Notes: a model not told the origin generated them from the sequence alone. Numbered from the stretch's first letter, positions 39,919-50,775 are shown. The stretch: 64,000 bases of DNA from an uncultured Candidatus Rokubacteria bacterium (GCA_963771355.1 CAVYTA010000005.1:288001-352000), one strand, 5' to 3'. Numbers and translations are program-made.

Positions 39919-42900
39919 CGGCCACACGCCGCGTCCAGATACGACCGGCGGAGCCCGGGCCACTCACTGGCGAGAAACGGCCCCGCGCCCCCGGCCACTC
40001 CGGCGGGTCGGAGCTCCCTCAGCGCGCTCGGCAGGAGGCCGCCGGGCTCGAGGGGCAGCCCCTCGCGGCCGGCGACGACCAGGCTGCTCGTCTTCCCCTC
40101 GGCCAGGCGGGCGGCACAGGAGGCGCGCAGGAGCGCGGCCGCTTCCAGCACCTCGGTCGACAGCTCGGCGAGGCTCCCGCTCACGTCGGTGACCACCGCA
40201 TTGATGTTGACCGTGCCGGGCGCGCTCAGCGCCGACGACGCCGTCACCGCCGTCGCGATGGGCGTGGAGCTGAGCATCACGTTCGCAAAGATGCTGACAT
40301 TGCCGCCCGGACCGCCGAAGGCATCGGCGTGGATGCCCGAGTTGTCCAGCACGATGAAGTCGAGCGGGTGTCCGCTCGATCCGAGGGTAATGTTGCCGCC
40401 CCCGCCGACACCGCTCCGGACGCTCGTGGTGATCTGGCTGTCGATCATGTGCAGCAGCGAGCCGGTGGAGGTGATGGTGATGTTGCCGCCGTCGGCCTGT
40501 ACCGAGTCGGTCGAAATCGACGCGTGATCCATCTCGAACAGGCCGCCGAAGATGATGTTGATGCTCCCCGCGGTGGCGCTGGGGCCGCCGGTGCTCGACG
40601 CCGAGATGGTGCCGCCGTCGGCCAGCCGGATCTGCGGCGCGGCCAGCGTGATGTTCCCGCCGGGCCCCGTGCCGGCGGTGGTGCTGAAGAGGCCGCTCGC
40701 GCCGGTCGGCGACGCCCCGGTGATCGTGATCGACTCGCTGGCGGTCACGTCGATGTTCCCGGCCGGCCCGCTCGCCGGGAGCAGACTGGTGCTCGACGCC
40801 GAGATGGTGCCGCCGTCGGCCAGCTGGATCTGCGGCGCGGCCAGCGTGATGTTCCCGCCGGGCGCCGTGCCGGCGGTCGTGCTGAAGAGGCCGCTCGCGC
40901 CGGTCGGCGATGCCCCGGTGATCGTCATCGATCCGCTGGCGGCCACGTTGATGTCCCGGCCGGCCCGCTCGCCGGCAGCAGACTGGTGCTCGATGCAGAT
41001 ATGCTGCCGCTCGCGCCGGTCGGCGACGCCCCGGTGATCGTCATCGATCCGCTGGCGGCCACGTTGATGTCCCCGGCCGGCCCGCTCGCCGGGAGCAGGC
41101 TGGTGCTCGACGCCGAGATGGTGCCGCCGTCGGCCAGCCGGATCTGCGGCGCGCTCAGCGTGATGTCCCCGCCGGGCCCCGTGCCGGCGGTCGTGGTGAA
41201 GACGCCGGTCGGCGACGCCCCGGTGACGGTGATCGAGTCGCTGGCGGTCACGTTGATGTGCCCGGCCGGCCCGCTCGCCAGGATCACGCCGGTGCTCGAC
41301 GCCGAGATGGTGCCGCCGTCGGCCAGCTGGATCTGCGGCGCGGCCAGCGTGATGTTCCCGCCGGGCGCCGTGCCGGCGGTCGTGCTGAAGAGGCCGCTCG
41401 CGCCGGTCGGCGACGCCCCGGTGATCGTGATCGATCCGCTGGCGGCCACGTTGATGTCCCCGGCCGGCCCGCTCGCCGGGAGCAGGCTGGTGCTCGACGC
41501 CGAGATGGTGCCGCCGTCGGCCAGCTGGATCTGCGGCGCGCTCAGCGTGATGTCCCCGCCGGGCCCCGTGCCGGCGGTCGTGGTGAAGACGCCGCTCGGG
41601 CCGGGAAGCCCCGATGCGCCGGTCGGCGACGCCCCGGTGACGGTGATCGAGTCGCTGGCGGTCACGTTGATGTGCCCGGCCGGCCCGCTCGCCAGAGATC
41701 ACGCCGGTGCTCGACGCCGAGATGGTGCCGCCGTCGGCCAGCTGGATCTGCGGCGCGGCCAGCGTGATGTTCCCGCCGGGCGCCGTGCCGGCGGTCGTGC
41801 TGAAGAGGCCGCTCGCGCCGGTCGGCGACGCCCCGGTGATCGTGATCGATCCGCTGGCGGCCACGTTGATGTCCCCGGCCGGCTCGCTCGCCGGGAGCAG
41901 GCTGGTGCTCGACGCCGAGATGGTGCCGCCGTCGGCCAGCCGGATCTGCGGCGCGCTCAGCGTGATGTCCCCGCCGGGCCCCGTGCCGGCGGTCGTGCTG
42001 AAGATGCCGCTCGGGACGGGAAGCACCGACTCGCCGGACGGCGACGCCCCGGTGATCGTGATCGAGTCGCTGGCGGTCACGTTGATGTGCCCGGCCGGCC
42101 CGCTCGCCAGGATCACGCCGGTGCTCGACGCCGAGATGGTGCCGCCGTCGAAGAGCTGGATCTGGGCGGACCGGATGGTGATGTTCCCGCCGGGCGCCAT
42201 GCCGGCGGTCGTGCTGAAGATCCCGCTCCGGGCGTCGTTGACGAAGCCCCCGAACGGGGCGGGAAGCACCGACTCGCCGGTCGGCGACGCCCCGGCGATC
42301 GTGATCGACTCGCTGGCAGTGACGTCTATTTGCCCGGCCGGCCCGGTCGCAAAGAGCACGCTGCTGCTCGCGACTTGACCGCCCCCGGTGAGCAGCAGCG
42401 TCCCGACGTTGAGCACGATGGCACCCGCCCGCCCGGTCTCCAGGGTGCTCGAGTTGATGAACCCCCCATCGATCACGACCGTTGGCGCCGAGAGGGTCAC
42501 GCTGCCGACGTCCTGGCGGAAGGTCTGGCTCGAGATCCCCGCCCGATCGGTGATGCTGACCGGGCCGTGGGCCGTAACGGTGATGCCGCCCCCCTGCGCC
42601 GTGACGTCGCCGCTCTGGATCACTGCCTGACTGCGGAGGTCGAGGCTGCCCACGTCGAGGGTGATGCGCCCGGCAGGCGTCGGATCTCCCAGCGGCGTCG
42701 TGCCCGAGCTGCTGCTGGTGAAGATGCCGGTCGGGCTCGTCGTGCTGCCCGCCCCCGAGATCAGGGCGGGTCCCGTCACCGTCACCGTCACGTTGCCGCC
42801 GGGCAAGGCGCTGGCCGCGTTGTGGCTGCCGATTGTGCTGCCCGCCATCAGATTGAAGGACCCCGCGTTGACCGAGATGTCGCCCGCCCGCCCGTCGTCC

Positions 42901-44398
42901 GACGTCTGCGAGACGACCGTCGCGCCAGCGTCGACCGTTACGGTCCGCGCCGAGAGCGAGAGCCCGCCGCCGTCGCCGGCAAAGATCGTAATGCTGCTGA
43001 CGCGGCTCGGGCTTCCGAACACGTCGCGGCCGGAGATGGTGATCGTGTCGGCCGAGATCGCGACGTTGCCCCCTGGTCCCGTGAAGCCGAGGTTCACGCT
43101 CTCGAGGGCGCCGGCCGTCTGCCAGCGTCACCGTTCCACCGGTCGCGGTGACGGTGAGCGATCCCGCGCCCGTTCCCAGCACGCATTGTCGCCGAGGAAA
43201 CTCAGCGTGCTCACGACGGCGCCGTCGGCGATCTCGATGGATCCGCTGACCCCGTCCGCGGGCCGGCCCACGGTGATCCGTATGTTGCCGCCCTGGCCGC
43301 CCCCGGACTGCGTGACGCTGTTGATCGAGGCGCCGCTCGTGACCCGAAGGGTGTCCGCCGTCACGTCGACGTTGCCTCCGCGGCCGGCACCCGAGGTCGC
43401 CGCCGTCACCGACGAAAATCCCGAGACCTCCACGGCGGGCGCCGCCAACCGAATATCGCCCCCTCGGCCGCCCGCGAACGTCTCCGTCACGACCGTCGAC
43501 GAGTTGATGATCTCTAGCCTCTGAGTAGCTCCCAGGTCGATCCCGACCTCGGACGTATTGTTGAACTCGCCGAAGCTTTGCGCGCTGATGAATGCGCCGT
43601 CTATAGTGACCTGGCCCCCGCGGATGACGACCGAGCCGTGCGGGTCGCCGTTCGCGTCGAGAACGCTGCCCGAGATCCCGACCTGGCCTAGGCTCGCCGT
43701 GGTGCCCTGGAGCGTCGCGATGGAGACCTCGCCGCCCGTCACGCTCGCCACCTGCAGGCGGCCGCTGGACGCCTGCAGGTACGCCCCCCGGCGATGGTCA
43801 CGGCTCCGCCCACGATCCCGAGCGTCTGTTCGGGGGGGACCTGCAGGAAGCCGCCATCGACGATGATGGGCCCGCGCGGTCCCAGGAATCCGAAGCTCGC
43901 GGGGTCGGCCACCGAGAGCACGTTCGCCTGCTGGTTCGGACACGTCGACACACAGAACGTGCTGCCGTCGACGAAGCGGATGTAGTCGGCGCTGCTGACG
44001 TGAAACGACCCGCCGACGTTGAGCGTCGCGCCGGCACCGAAGATCACGCCGGCGGGGTTGATCAGGAAGAGGTTGGCGCCCGGGTACGTGAGGCTGTCGA
44101 TGGTCCCGTAGATGCTCGACATCTCGCCCCCCGTAACGCGGCTCAGGATGTTGCGCGTGACCAGGTTCGGCGTCGTGTTCTTGAACTGGGCGGTGTCGAA
44201 GGACCCGACGCTGAACTGGCCGAAGCTGTGAAACAGGTTCTGGCCGCCGCGGGTACCCGCCCGTGATCTCGTATGTCCCGCCCGAGAGGGTGTGACCGTG
44301 GTCCCCAGCCCGCTCGAGGTGATCGCCGTGGGCCCCTGGGCGCGGGCCGGCGCCGCGCCCAGGAGGAGGGCTAACATGACGAGGAAGACGATACCCAT
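39915..44398 (-). CDS. TpsA filamentous haemagglutinin-family exoprotein (about 7 frameshifts)
   Basis: Signal peptide; TPS domain NLFHSF, NILSRVTGG, NLFLINPAG; GGNITI beta-helix repeats split over several ORFs. Confidence 0.85.
40590..42340 (-). repeat. About 8 tandem 189-216-bp coding repeats plus one truncated unit in TpsA
   Basis: Anchor CCGAGATGGTGCCGCCGTC recurs near 40601, 40799, 41113, 41302, 41500, 41717, 41915 and 42131. Confidence 0.9.
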
Positions 44399-44488
44399 AC
44401 GCTCCTCTAACGTCTACCTTATTCCTGCCAGCCGGTCTGCCTGCCGGCAACGGGTCCGCTCGCAGGCCGGCTGCTTCACACTGACTCC

Positions 44489-46309
44489 TCACTGGGAGAA
44501 GAGGAAGATGGTGTCGCCGGGGCCGACCGGCTCCAGGTTGTAGAGCAGCTCAAACTTCCAGGCCGCCTCGCGGTCATGAGGGGGAAGCTGGTCACCGGCA
44601 TCTCGGTGCGCAGCTGGCAGTCGGGCTGCACGGGCACGTTCTCCGCCTTCGTGAAGGTCTCGCCGGGACCATCGCCCCAGATGAACGAGGGTCCGGCGGG
44701 ATCGCCGTTGGCATCCAGCGGGGTGACCCGCATCGTGAACTCGTCTGAGACCCGGGAAGTCGCACTTCAGGTCCTCCCCGAAGATCGGCGGTCGGCTTCC
44801 GGTTTGCCCGAACGGTCGTCTTGAACGCGCCGATGGTGAAGCTGTTGAGCTCGACCTCCTGGTCCACCGTGGGGTGGTGGTGGTAAGGATGACCGAGATC
44901 GCCCGAAGGTCGGCCCCCGCATATTGGGACGGCATTGACTTGAAACTCGTGATCGTGCCGTTGGGAAGCAGGACGTTATTGGAGTTCACAAGGTTCGCCC
45001 CGCTCGCCCCGCTCGAATCGCAGCCCAGGGGAATCTTGATCACCTCAAACGCGCCGTTCGAAATCGTCGCTAGCTGGAGCTCGACGAACAAAGTGTTCGG
45101 GTTCGGGCAGTCGCGGTCTGCCACGCGTAGTCCACCTTGAGGGAGGTGAGGTCCCGGGGCTGGACTGACCCGGGGGTCGGCACCCAGCTTTGGTAGGCCC
45201 CGTCGTCGAAGAGATCGGTGTTGTTGAAGAGGTCCGAGCGGAGCACCGTGGGCGTGCCCGGGTCAATCGTCGGGGTGAAGGTCACCTTCTCGAGGTTCCA
45301 CCACAGGGGCAACTTGCCCGACTGCTGGAGCTTCGGGAAAAGTCCCTGGTTCTGCTCGAGAAACGCGCGAAGCGTGGGTTGCTGAGTGTAGTCAACGACC
45401 GTGTTGACGTCTGCCGTGAACTCGGGCGCGGCCACGTCGACGGAGGTGTCGATCACCCCATGCGTCATGACGCTGTTGTTCGACCCGCCGACGGCGGCGC
45501 CGCCCACCACCCTCAGCGTCTCGGTGGCCCCCTTGTAGATCGCCGTGAGCTCGCCCTTCAGCGACGGCTTGCAGCTCGACGCCACGCCGACGGTGCCGCA
45601 AGGGATGCTCTTGGTCTCGGACGGGTGCGTCGGCGGCCCGAACGCGCCCCCGGTGGTGAGGTTGTGCACGTTGACCGTCGCCACCGCATTGTCACCGAAC
45701 TGGTTGACCGTGACGTTGTTGGCGAGGAGCTTGAGCGTCAGGCAATGCGGCGGCGTCGTACTGTGGAGGCGCAGGCGCTCGCGGCCAGCCCCGGTCGACT
45801 TGAAGAAGGTGCCGCTCATCGCCGCCGTGTACGCGTAGAGGTTGCCAGTGAGCGCCGGTACTCGTGGTCCGGTCAAGGCGGAGGCATAGGTGATCTTGAG
45901 CGTCACCGCCGGAGTCGACGCGTGGTGCCAGCGCCGGAGAGTGGCGAGCAGCCCGGCCAGGTTCAGGATGTCGCTCGACAGCCCGTCGACGCGGTAGACG
46001 CGGGCCCGGTTCGCGGTGGAGATGTCCCGGATCGTCACCGTCGCGTGTTGGCGACCTGAGATCGTTTCGCGAGCAGGCGGCGTGGTGCGCGGGTGGCAGT
46101 TCGGGCCCCGGCGGACGTTGCTCGTGCACGCGAGCGCCACCGCTGATTGCCTGCGCTGTCCGTGAAGGTGGCCCGGTGGGCAGTGTCCGGGACCGCGGTG
46201 CAATTCGGCCCACCCGCGTCGCCGTGATCGATACCGTGGGGAACGCCTCCGCCGCGCCCGGCGCGGCCAGCATGAAAAGGGCAAGAATCCATAGCAGAGT
46301 GGTCTTCAT
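44489..46309 (-). CDS. Hypothetical secreted Thr/Gly-rich protein (heavily frameshifted)
   Basis: SD AAGGAG; signal peptide MKTTLLWILALFMLAAPGAAEA; protein-like segments across ORFs 45692-46309, 45070-46284, 44489-45124, 44592-44867 and 44476-44733. Confidence 0.6.
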
Positions 46310-46361
46310 TTGTCACTCCTTCCGCGAGCCCTCAAGCTCGCACGTACCGTTCGTCATCGCG

Positions 46362-48683
46362 TTACAGCCAGTTGTTGATGAGTAGAAACGGCGACCAGAA
46401 TCCGGGATGTTCGTAGCGTGGATCACTCAGCAGCTTCACCTGCGCGCGCTGGAGGGCCACCCCTCGTGAGACCGAGGGGCTCTTCAGCTCACGGTAAAAA
46501 TCCGCAATCAGTCCGGCGGAGGCCTCGTCATTGACGCTCCACAGCGTGGCCACCGCGCTCCGGGCGCCGGCCTTGACGGCGACGCCGGCCAGCCCCAGCG
46601 CCGCCCGATCGTCACCCTCGGCGGTGTCGCACGCGCTCAGGGTCAGGAGCTCGAGGGGCTCGTCCCGGTACTTGAGCACCCCGATCAGCTGATCGAGGCG
46701 GTCCATCGTCACCTTGCCGTCGAAGGCGAGGAGGAAGGTCTTGTCCACGTCGCCGCCGAACTCGCCATGCGAGGCGACGTGGAGAATCGAGTAGGTGCCC
46801 GTCTTCAGCTCGCGCTCGAGGCTGGCGACGGAGAACTGCGCGTTGAGGAGGGTGGTCCCGCCGAAGACCTCCCGCACGTTGGCGATCTCCGTCTCGACCT
46901 CGGGCAGCGGCGCGAACCCCTGGACCGCCTCGGTCACTCCCACCGCCAGGATCCGGGGGTTCTTGCGATCGAGCGGGCGCGGGTCGGTGAGCTTGAGGCC
47001 GGGGGTGATGGCCAGCGCGTATTTTGCTATCAAGAACTGCTTACCGTCGTGGAGCGCCGCCATCGGAATCGTACGGAGCGGGCCATCCGGCACGAACACC
47101 AGGGTGTCGATCTTGGCGGCGGCCAGCTCGGCCTCCAGCGGGCGGATCAGCCACTCGTGGAGCTGTTGAGCGGGGCGCAGGTACTGGCGGGTGGTTCGAC
47201 GCTCGAGCAGGTTCCGGAACCGCCGGACCTCCTGCGTGAGCCTGGCCTCCCCGATCGGCACCACGAAGCGCCGGAGCCCGGACGGGAGCGTGACCAGCAG
47301 CTCGATTCGATCGGCCAGCACGATCGGGTACACGACGGCGGCGGTCGGCGACACGACGTCGAGCTGGGTCATCCGCGACAGCGCGATGTCCACGCAGTCG
47401 TCGCGGAAGTAGTCGCGCAGCTCCGCGACCTTGAAGGACTCTACCACCTCACGCGCTTCGGTGAGGAGGGTCAGGCGCTCCCGGTCCAGCGTGGTCCCTC
47501 CGGCCGCTCCCGACGGGGCTGCCTGGCCATCGCCCGCCCGGCGGAGGAGCAGGTCGACGAGCTCGAAGTAGAGCGGTCCGATGGACTCGCGAAACGAATC
47601 CGCGGACGCGTCGTAGCGCACCGACAGCTCCGGTCGCACCGCGGCCACGTGCTGGGCGGCGGCGCGATAGGCGGTGAGGGCCTCATCCATCGCGCCCATC
47701 TTCCGGTGCAGCCGCGCCACCTGCCACTGCCACCGGTACAGCGCCTCCGGCGCGTGCGCCTGCTGCGCGGCGAAGATCGCCTCGCGCGTCAGCTGTAGCG
47801 CCTCGGGGTACCGGCGCTCGTCCTCGTACAGGGCTCCGAGGTAGCCCCTCGCATAGGACGTGGTCCGCCGGTCGCCGAGCTGCTCCGCGATTTCGCTCGC
47901 CCGGCTGAAAGCCCGGGCGGCGCGCAGGATCAGCTCGCCCCGGGGGTCCGGACCCGTCCCGCGCAGCTCGCGATAGCCGACGCCAATGCTCACGAGGAGG
48001 AATGACGCCTCTCGGGAGGGGCTGGACTGCTCCGCCGAAGCGAGCGCGTCGTCGAGGGCCTCCCGGGCCGCCCGGGCGTCCCCGGCCTCCCGCAGGGCTC
48101 GGGCCAGGTTGACTCGGGCCCGCGTTCGTTGGGACATGTCGCCGGTTCGCTCCGCGAGCGCGGCGCTCTCGCGATAGACGGCGACGGCCTCGGGCGCCTT
48201 CCTCCGTGTGGCCAGGAAATTCCCGAGGTCATTCAGCACGGCGGCGGTGAGCGCCGTGTCCCCGCCCTCCCGTGCCATGTCGAGAGCCCGCCTCAGCGTG
48301 ATCTCGGCGGCGTCGGGGGGGCCGGTCGCGATGAGGACATTTCCCAGTCGGGACAGGATCCACGGGACGTGCGCGCGCTCCTCGGAGCCTTCCGCCAGCT
48401 TCAACGCCCGATCGAGGACTCCGACGGCCTGCCGGTACCGTCCGAGCGCGGCGTATGCCTCGCTCGCGTGCACCAGCGCCAGGATCTGGCCCGCTCGATC
48501 GCCCGCCTGCTCCGACGCGCTCGCGGCGAGCATCCAGCTTTCGATCGCGCGATCGAAGGCGCCTCGCTCGAAGGCGGCGCGCCCCGTCGCCAGGTGCGCT
48601 TGGACGTCGGGTGACGGGGCTGCAGACGCGGGTGAGCAGAGGAAGGCCGTCAGGAGGACAAGGACGAGCAAGACGTAAGGCAC
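46362..48683 (-). CDS. Exported TPR-CHAT (caspase-like) protease; start approximate
   Basis: Hydrophobic signal …SPASA; TPRs; VPDGPL, HVASHG (His), LSACDT (Cys), ATLWSV, HPGFWSPF. Confidence 0.9.
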   Translation of the reverse strand: MPYVLLVLVLLTAFLCSPASAAPSPDVQAHLATGRAAFERGAFDRAIESWMLAASASEQAGDRAGQILALVHASEAYAALGRYRQAVGVLDRALKLAEGSEERAHVPWILSRLGNVLIATGPPDAAEITLRRALDMAREGGDTALTAAVLNDLGNFLATRRKAPEAVAVYRESAALAERTGDMSQRTRARVNLARALREAGDARAAREALDDALASAEQSSPSREASFLLVSIGVGYRELRGTGPDPRGELILRAARAFSRASEIAEQLGDRRTTSYARGYLGALYEDERRYPEALQLTREAIFAAQQAHAPEALYRWQWQVARLHRKMGAMDEALTAYRAAAQHVAAVRPELSVRYDASADSFRESIGPLYFELVDLLLRRAGDGQAAPSGAAGGTTLDRERLTLLTEAREVVESFKVAELRDYFRDDCVDIALSRMTQLDVVSPTAAVVYPIVLADRIELLVTLPSGLRRFVVPIGEARLTQEVRRFRNLLERRTTRQYLRPAQQLHEWLIRPLEAELAAAKIDTLVFVPDGPLRTIPMAALHDGKQFLIAKYALAITPGLKLTDPRPLDRKNPRILAVGVTEAVQGFAPLPEVETEIANVREVFGGTTLLNAQFSVASLERELKTGTYSILHVASHGEFGGDVDKTFLLAFDGKVTMDRLDQLIGVLKYRDEPLELLTLSACDTAEGDDRAALGLAGVAVKAGARSAVATLWSVNDEASAGLIADFYRELKSPSVSRGVALQRAQVKLLSDPRYEHPGFWSPFLLINNWL

Positions 48684-48820
48684 GAGCGAAGCTCCTATGC
48701 GTGGGAGAGGGTCTTGGAACACATACACTAATGGAGGAAGGATTGTCAAGACCGACAAGTACTTACCAGATTTGCGAGGCGCGGACTGGTGCAGCCCATA
48801 CCGTAAGCGCACAAACTGAT

Positions 48821-48847
48821 GACAACGCGATAACAGCCACTTAAGGA
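48821..48847. promoter_or_regulatory. 27-bp motif shared with 35095-35121 (IHF-like core)
   Basis: 24/27 identical bases. Confidence 0.6.
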
Positions 48848-48862
48848 CCGGCGCGCCGGGAG

Positions 48863-49906
48863 CTACACGGGCTCGAGCGGCGCGCTCAGCCGTGCGCCGG
48901 GCAGGACGATGCCCCCGCGGTCGCCGATCTCCACTCCGCCGTAGCGATCCGCGAAAGCGGGCGGCAGCGGCCGGCCGTCGGGGGGGCACAGCCAGAGTCG
49001 AAGCAGGTGACGCTTGAGCGAAGGCTCCGGCCAATCCTCGTACTCGGTGCGGTCGTGCAGCACCTGGTGGTTGTGCACGAGCTGGATGTCGCCGGGCTCG
49101 AAGGCCATGTTGAGCACGAGGGCGGGGTCCTCCACCGTCGCGTCGAACACGTCGAGCGCCTCGATCTGCCGCGGGGTCAGGCGGGGCACCTCGGGGAAGC
49201 GCTGGGCCGACTCGATGTACCGCCGCACGAAGATGGTGGACAGGAGCCCCGCGTGCCAGTTGAAGACGGGCACCGCGAACCACGGGCGCTTCCCTTCGGG
49301 CACCTCGCCTCGCCGGTCGGTGTGGAAGGGCTCGAAGAGGGTCGGCAGGACGTCCGGCCGCCGGGCGTGTATCGCGTTGAAGACGGTCACCGAGCTCACC
49401 AGGCTCGAGAGCCCGCCGGCCTTCGCCTTGCGCACGCAGAGGAGGCCCACGAGGTCCACGGAGTCGGTGTGGTAGTTCTGCCGTTTCGTCGTCTGGTAGA
49501 CGCGGACGCTGGGATCGTGCACGTCGTAGCCCAGGTCGCGCACGTGGCCGAGGAGATGTCCCTTGCCGTTCTGGGAGCGGGGGCGACCGAACCAGGCGCC
49601 CATCCCCCAGTAGAGCGCGGCGAGGTCGGCGAGGTCATGGCGCTGGGCGGGGAGCCCGCGCAGCAGCGCGAAGCCGCGACCGTGAAGGAGCTCCGCGCGG
49701 AGCGCCTCGAGGCGGGGCCCCAGCGCGGGCAGGGGGAAGTCCGCCTTCCGGATGTCCTCCAGGGCGAGGCCACGGCGGCGCACCGCCGCCAGCGCCGCCT
49801 CCAGCTCGGCCACGTCCGCGGCGGAGAGCCGGACCATCCACTCCTCCGAGCGGGCAAGCTCCGCGCCGCGCCACGCCGACGGCCCCGTGATGGGACCCGG
49901 CGGCAT
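48863..49906 (-). CDS. TauD/TfdA family Fe(II)/2-oxoglutarate dioxygenase
   Basis: YHTDS (HxD), HNHQVLHDRT, RHLLRLWL. Confidence 0.9.
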   Translation of the reverse strand: MPPGPITGPSAWRGAELARSEEWMVRLSAADVAELEAALAAVRRRGLALEDIRKADFPLPALGPRLEALRAELLHGRGFALLRGLPAQRHDLADLAALYWGMGAWFGRPRSQNGKGHLLGHVRDLGYDVHDPSVRVYQTTKRQNYHTDSVDLVGLLCVRKAKAGGLSSLVSSVTVFNAIHARRPDVLPTLFEPFHTDRRGEVPEGKRPWFAVPVFNWHAGLLSTIFVRRYIESAQRFPEVPRLTPRQIEALDVFDATVEDPALVLNMAFEPGDIQLVHNHQVLHDRTEYEDWPEPSLKRHLLRLWLCPPDGRPLPPAFADRYGGVEIGDRGGIVLPGARLSAPLEPV

Positions 49907-49926
49907 GGGCGGCGCGGTGGCGGCGC

Positions 49927-50763
49927 TCAGCGAATGAACTTGGCCCACTGGTCGAGCAGCGGCAGCACGACGTCCCGACCGTCGGAGGGCAGGCGAAGGA
50001 TGGCGCGGGTCACGCCGGCCTGCGCGAGCTGGTCGAGACCGGCCTCCTCGGGGCGGGCGCCGAACACCGAGACCGAGATCGTCTTCATGTCGCGCCCCTT
50101 CTTGGCCGCGCGCGCCTTGAGGTCGGCCAGCCCGGAGAGGATGATCTCGGGCGCCCGCCCGCGCGGGAACCAGCCCTCGCAGAAGTCCACCACGCGCTGC
50201 AGCGTGTGGCCGCTCTCGCCCCCCATGAGCACGGGCGGGTTCGGCTTCTGGGCGGGCTTGGGCCAGGACCAGATCTTGTCGAAGTTCACGAACTGGCCGT
50301 GGTACTCCGCCTCGTCCTTGCTCCAGATCTCCTTCATGGCCAGGATCTGCTCGGTCATCTTCTTGAAGCGCGTCTTGAACTCGGTGCCGTGATTCTCCAT
50401 CTCCTCCGCGTTCCAGCCCGCGCCCACGCCGAGCTCGAAGCGCCCGCCGGACAGCACGTCCAGGCTCGCCACTTCCTTGGCGGTGACGATGGTGTCGCGC
50501 TCGATGATCAGGCAGATGCCGGTGCCGATCCGGATCTTCTTGGTCACGGCGGCGGCGGCCATGAGGGACACGAAGGGGTCGAAGGTGTGCGAGTACTCCT
50601 TGGGCAGCGGGCCGCCGGCGGGGAAGGGCGTGCGCCGGCTCACCGGGATGTGGGTGTGCTCGGGCACGAACAGCGACTCGAAGCCGCGGTCCTCGGCGGC
50701 CCGGGCCAGCTCGTCGATGCGGATGGCATAGTCGGTCGCGAACATGCAGACGCCGATCTTCAT
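49927..50763 (-). CDS. LLM class (probably F420-dependent) oxidoreductase
   Basis: VPEHTHIP, DPFVSL, SGGRFELGVGAGWNAEE. Confidence 0.9.
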   Translation of the reverse strand: MKIGVCMFATDYAIRIDELARAAEDRGFESLFVPEHTHIPVSRRTPFPAGGPLPKEYSHTFDPFVSLMAAAAVTKKIRIGTGICLIIERDTIVTAKEVASLDVLSGGRFELGVGAGWNAEEMENHGTEFKTRFKKMTEQILAMKEIWSKDEAEYHGQFVNFDKIWSWPKPAQKPNPPVLMGGESGHTLQRVVDFCEGWFPRGRAPEIILSGLADLKARAAKKGRDMKTISVSVFGARPEEAGLDQLAQAGVTRAILRLPSDGRDVVLPLLDQWAKFIR

Positions 50764-50775
50764 GGTGCCTCCCGG

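Noticed and set aside
32071..42340. Tandem repeats as CRISPR arrays
   Set aside because: Units are 189-279 bp in-frame coding repeats without unique spacers; no cas genes seen
39882..43151. Long antisense ORFs (also 7139-9394, 19583-22171, 38116-40527, 17104-19311)
   Set aside because: High-GC shadow frames of well-supported genes, with no recognisable motifs
39915..44398. TpsA as a CdiA contact-dependent toxin
   Set aside because: No VENN-type motif, toxin domain or immunity gene; tpsB follows directly
46362..48683. TPR-CHAT as a CRISPR type III-E or cytoplasmic antiphage caspase
   Set aside because: It has a signal-peptide-like N-terminus and no Cas7-11, gasdermin or similar neighbours
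48740..48815. Sigma54 promoter for the CHAT cluster
   Set aside because: Candidate boxes lack GG-N10-GC spacing; only a TTGACA with a weak -10 is visible
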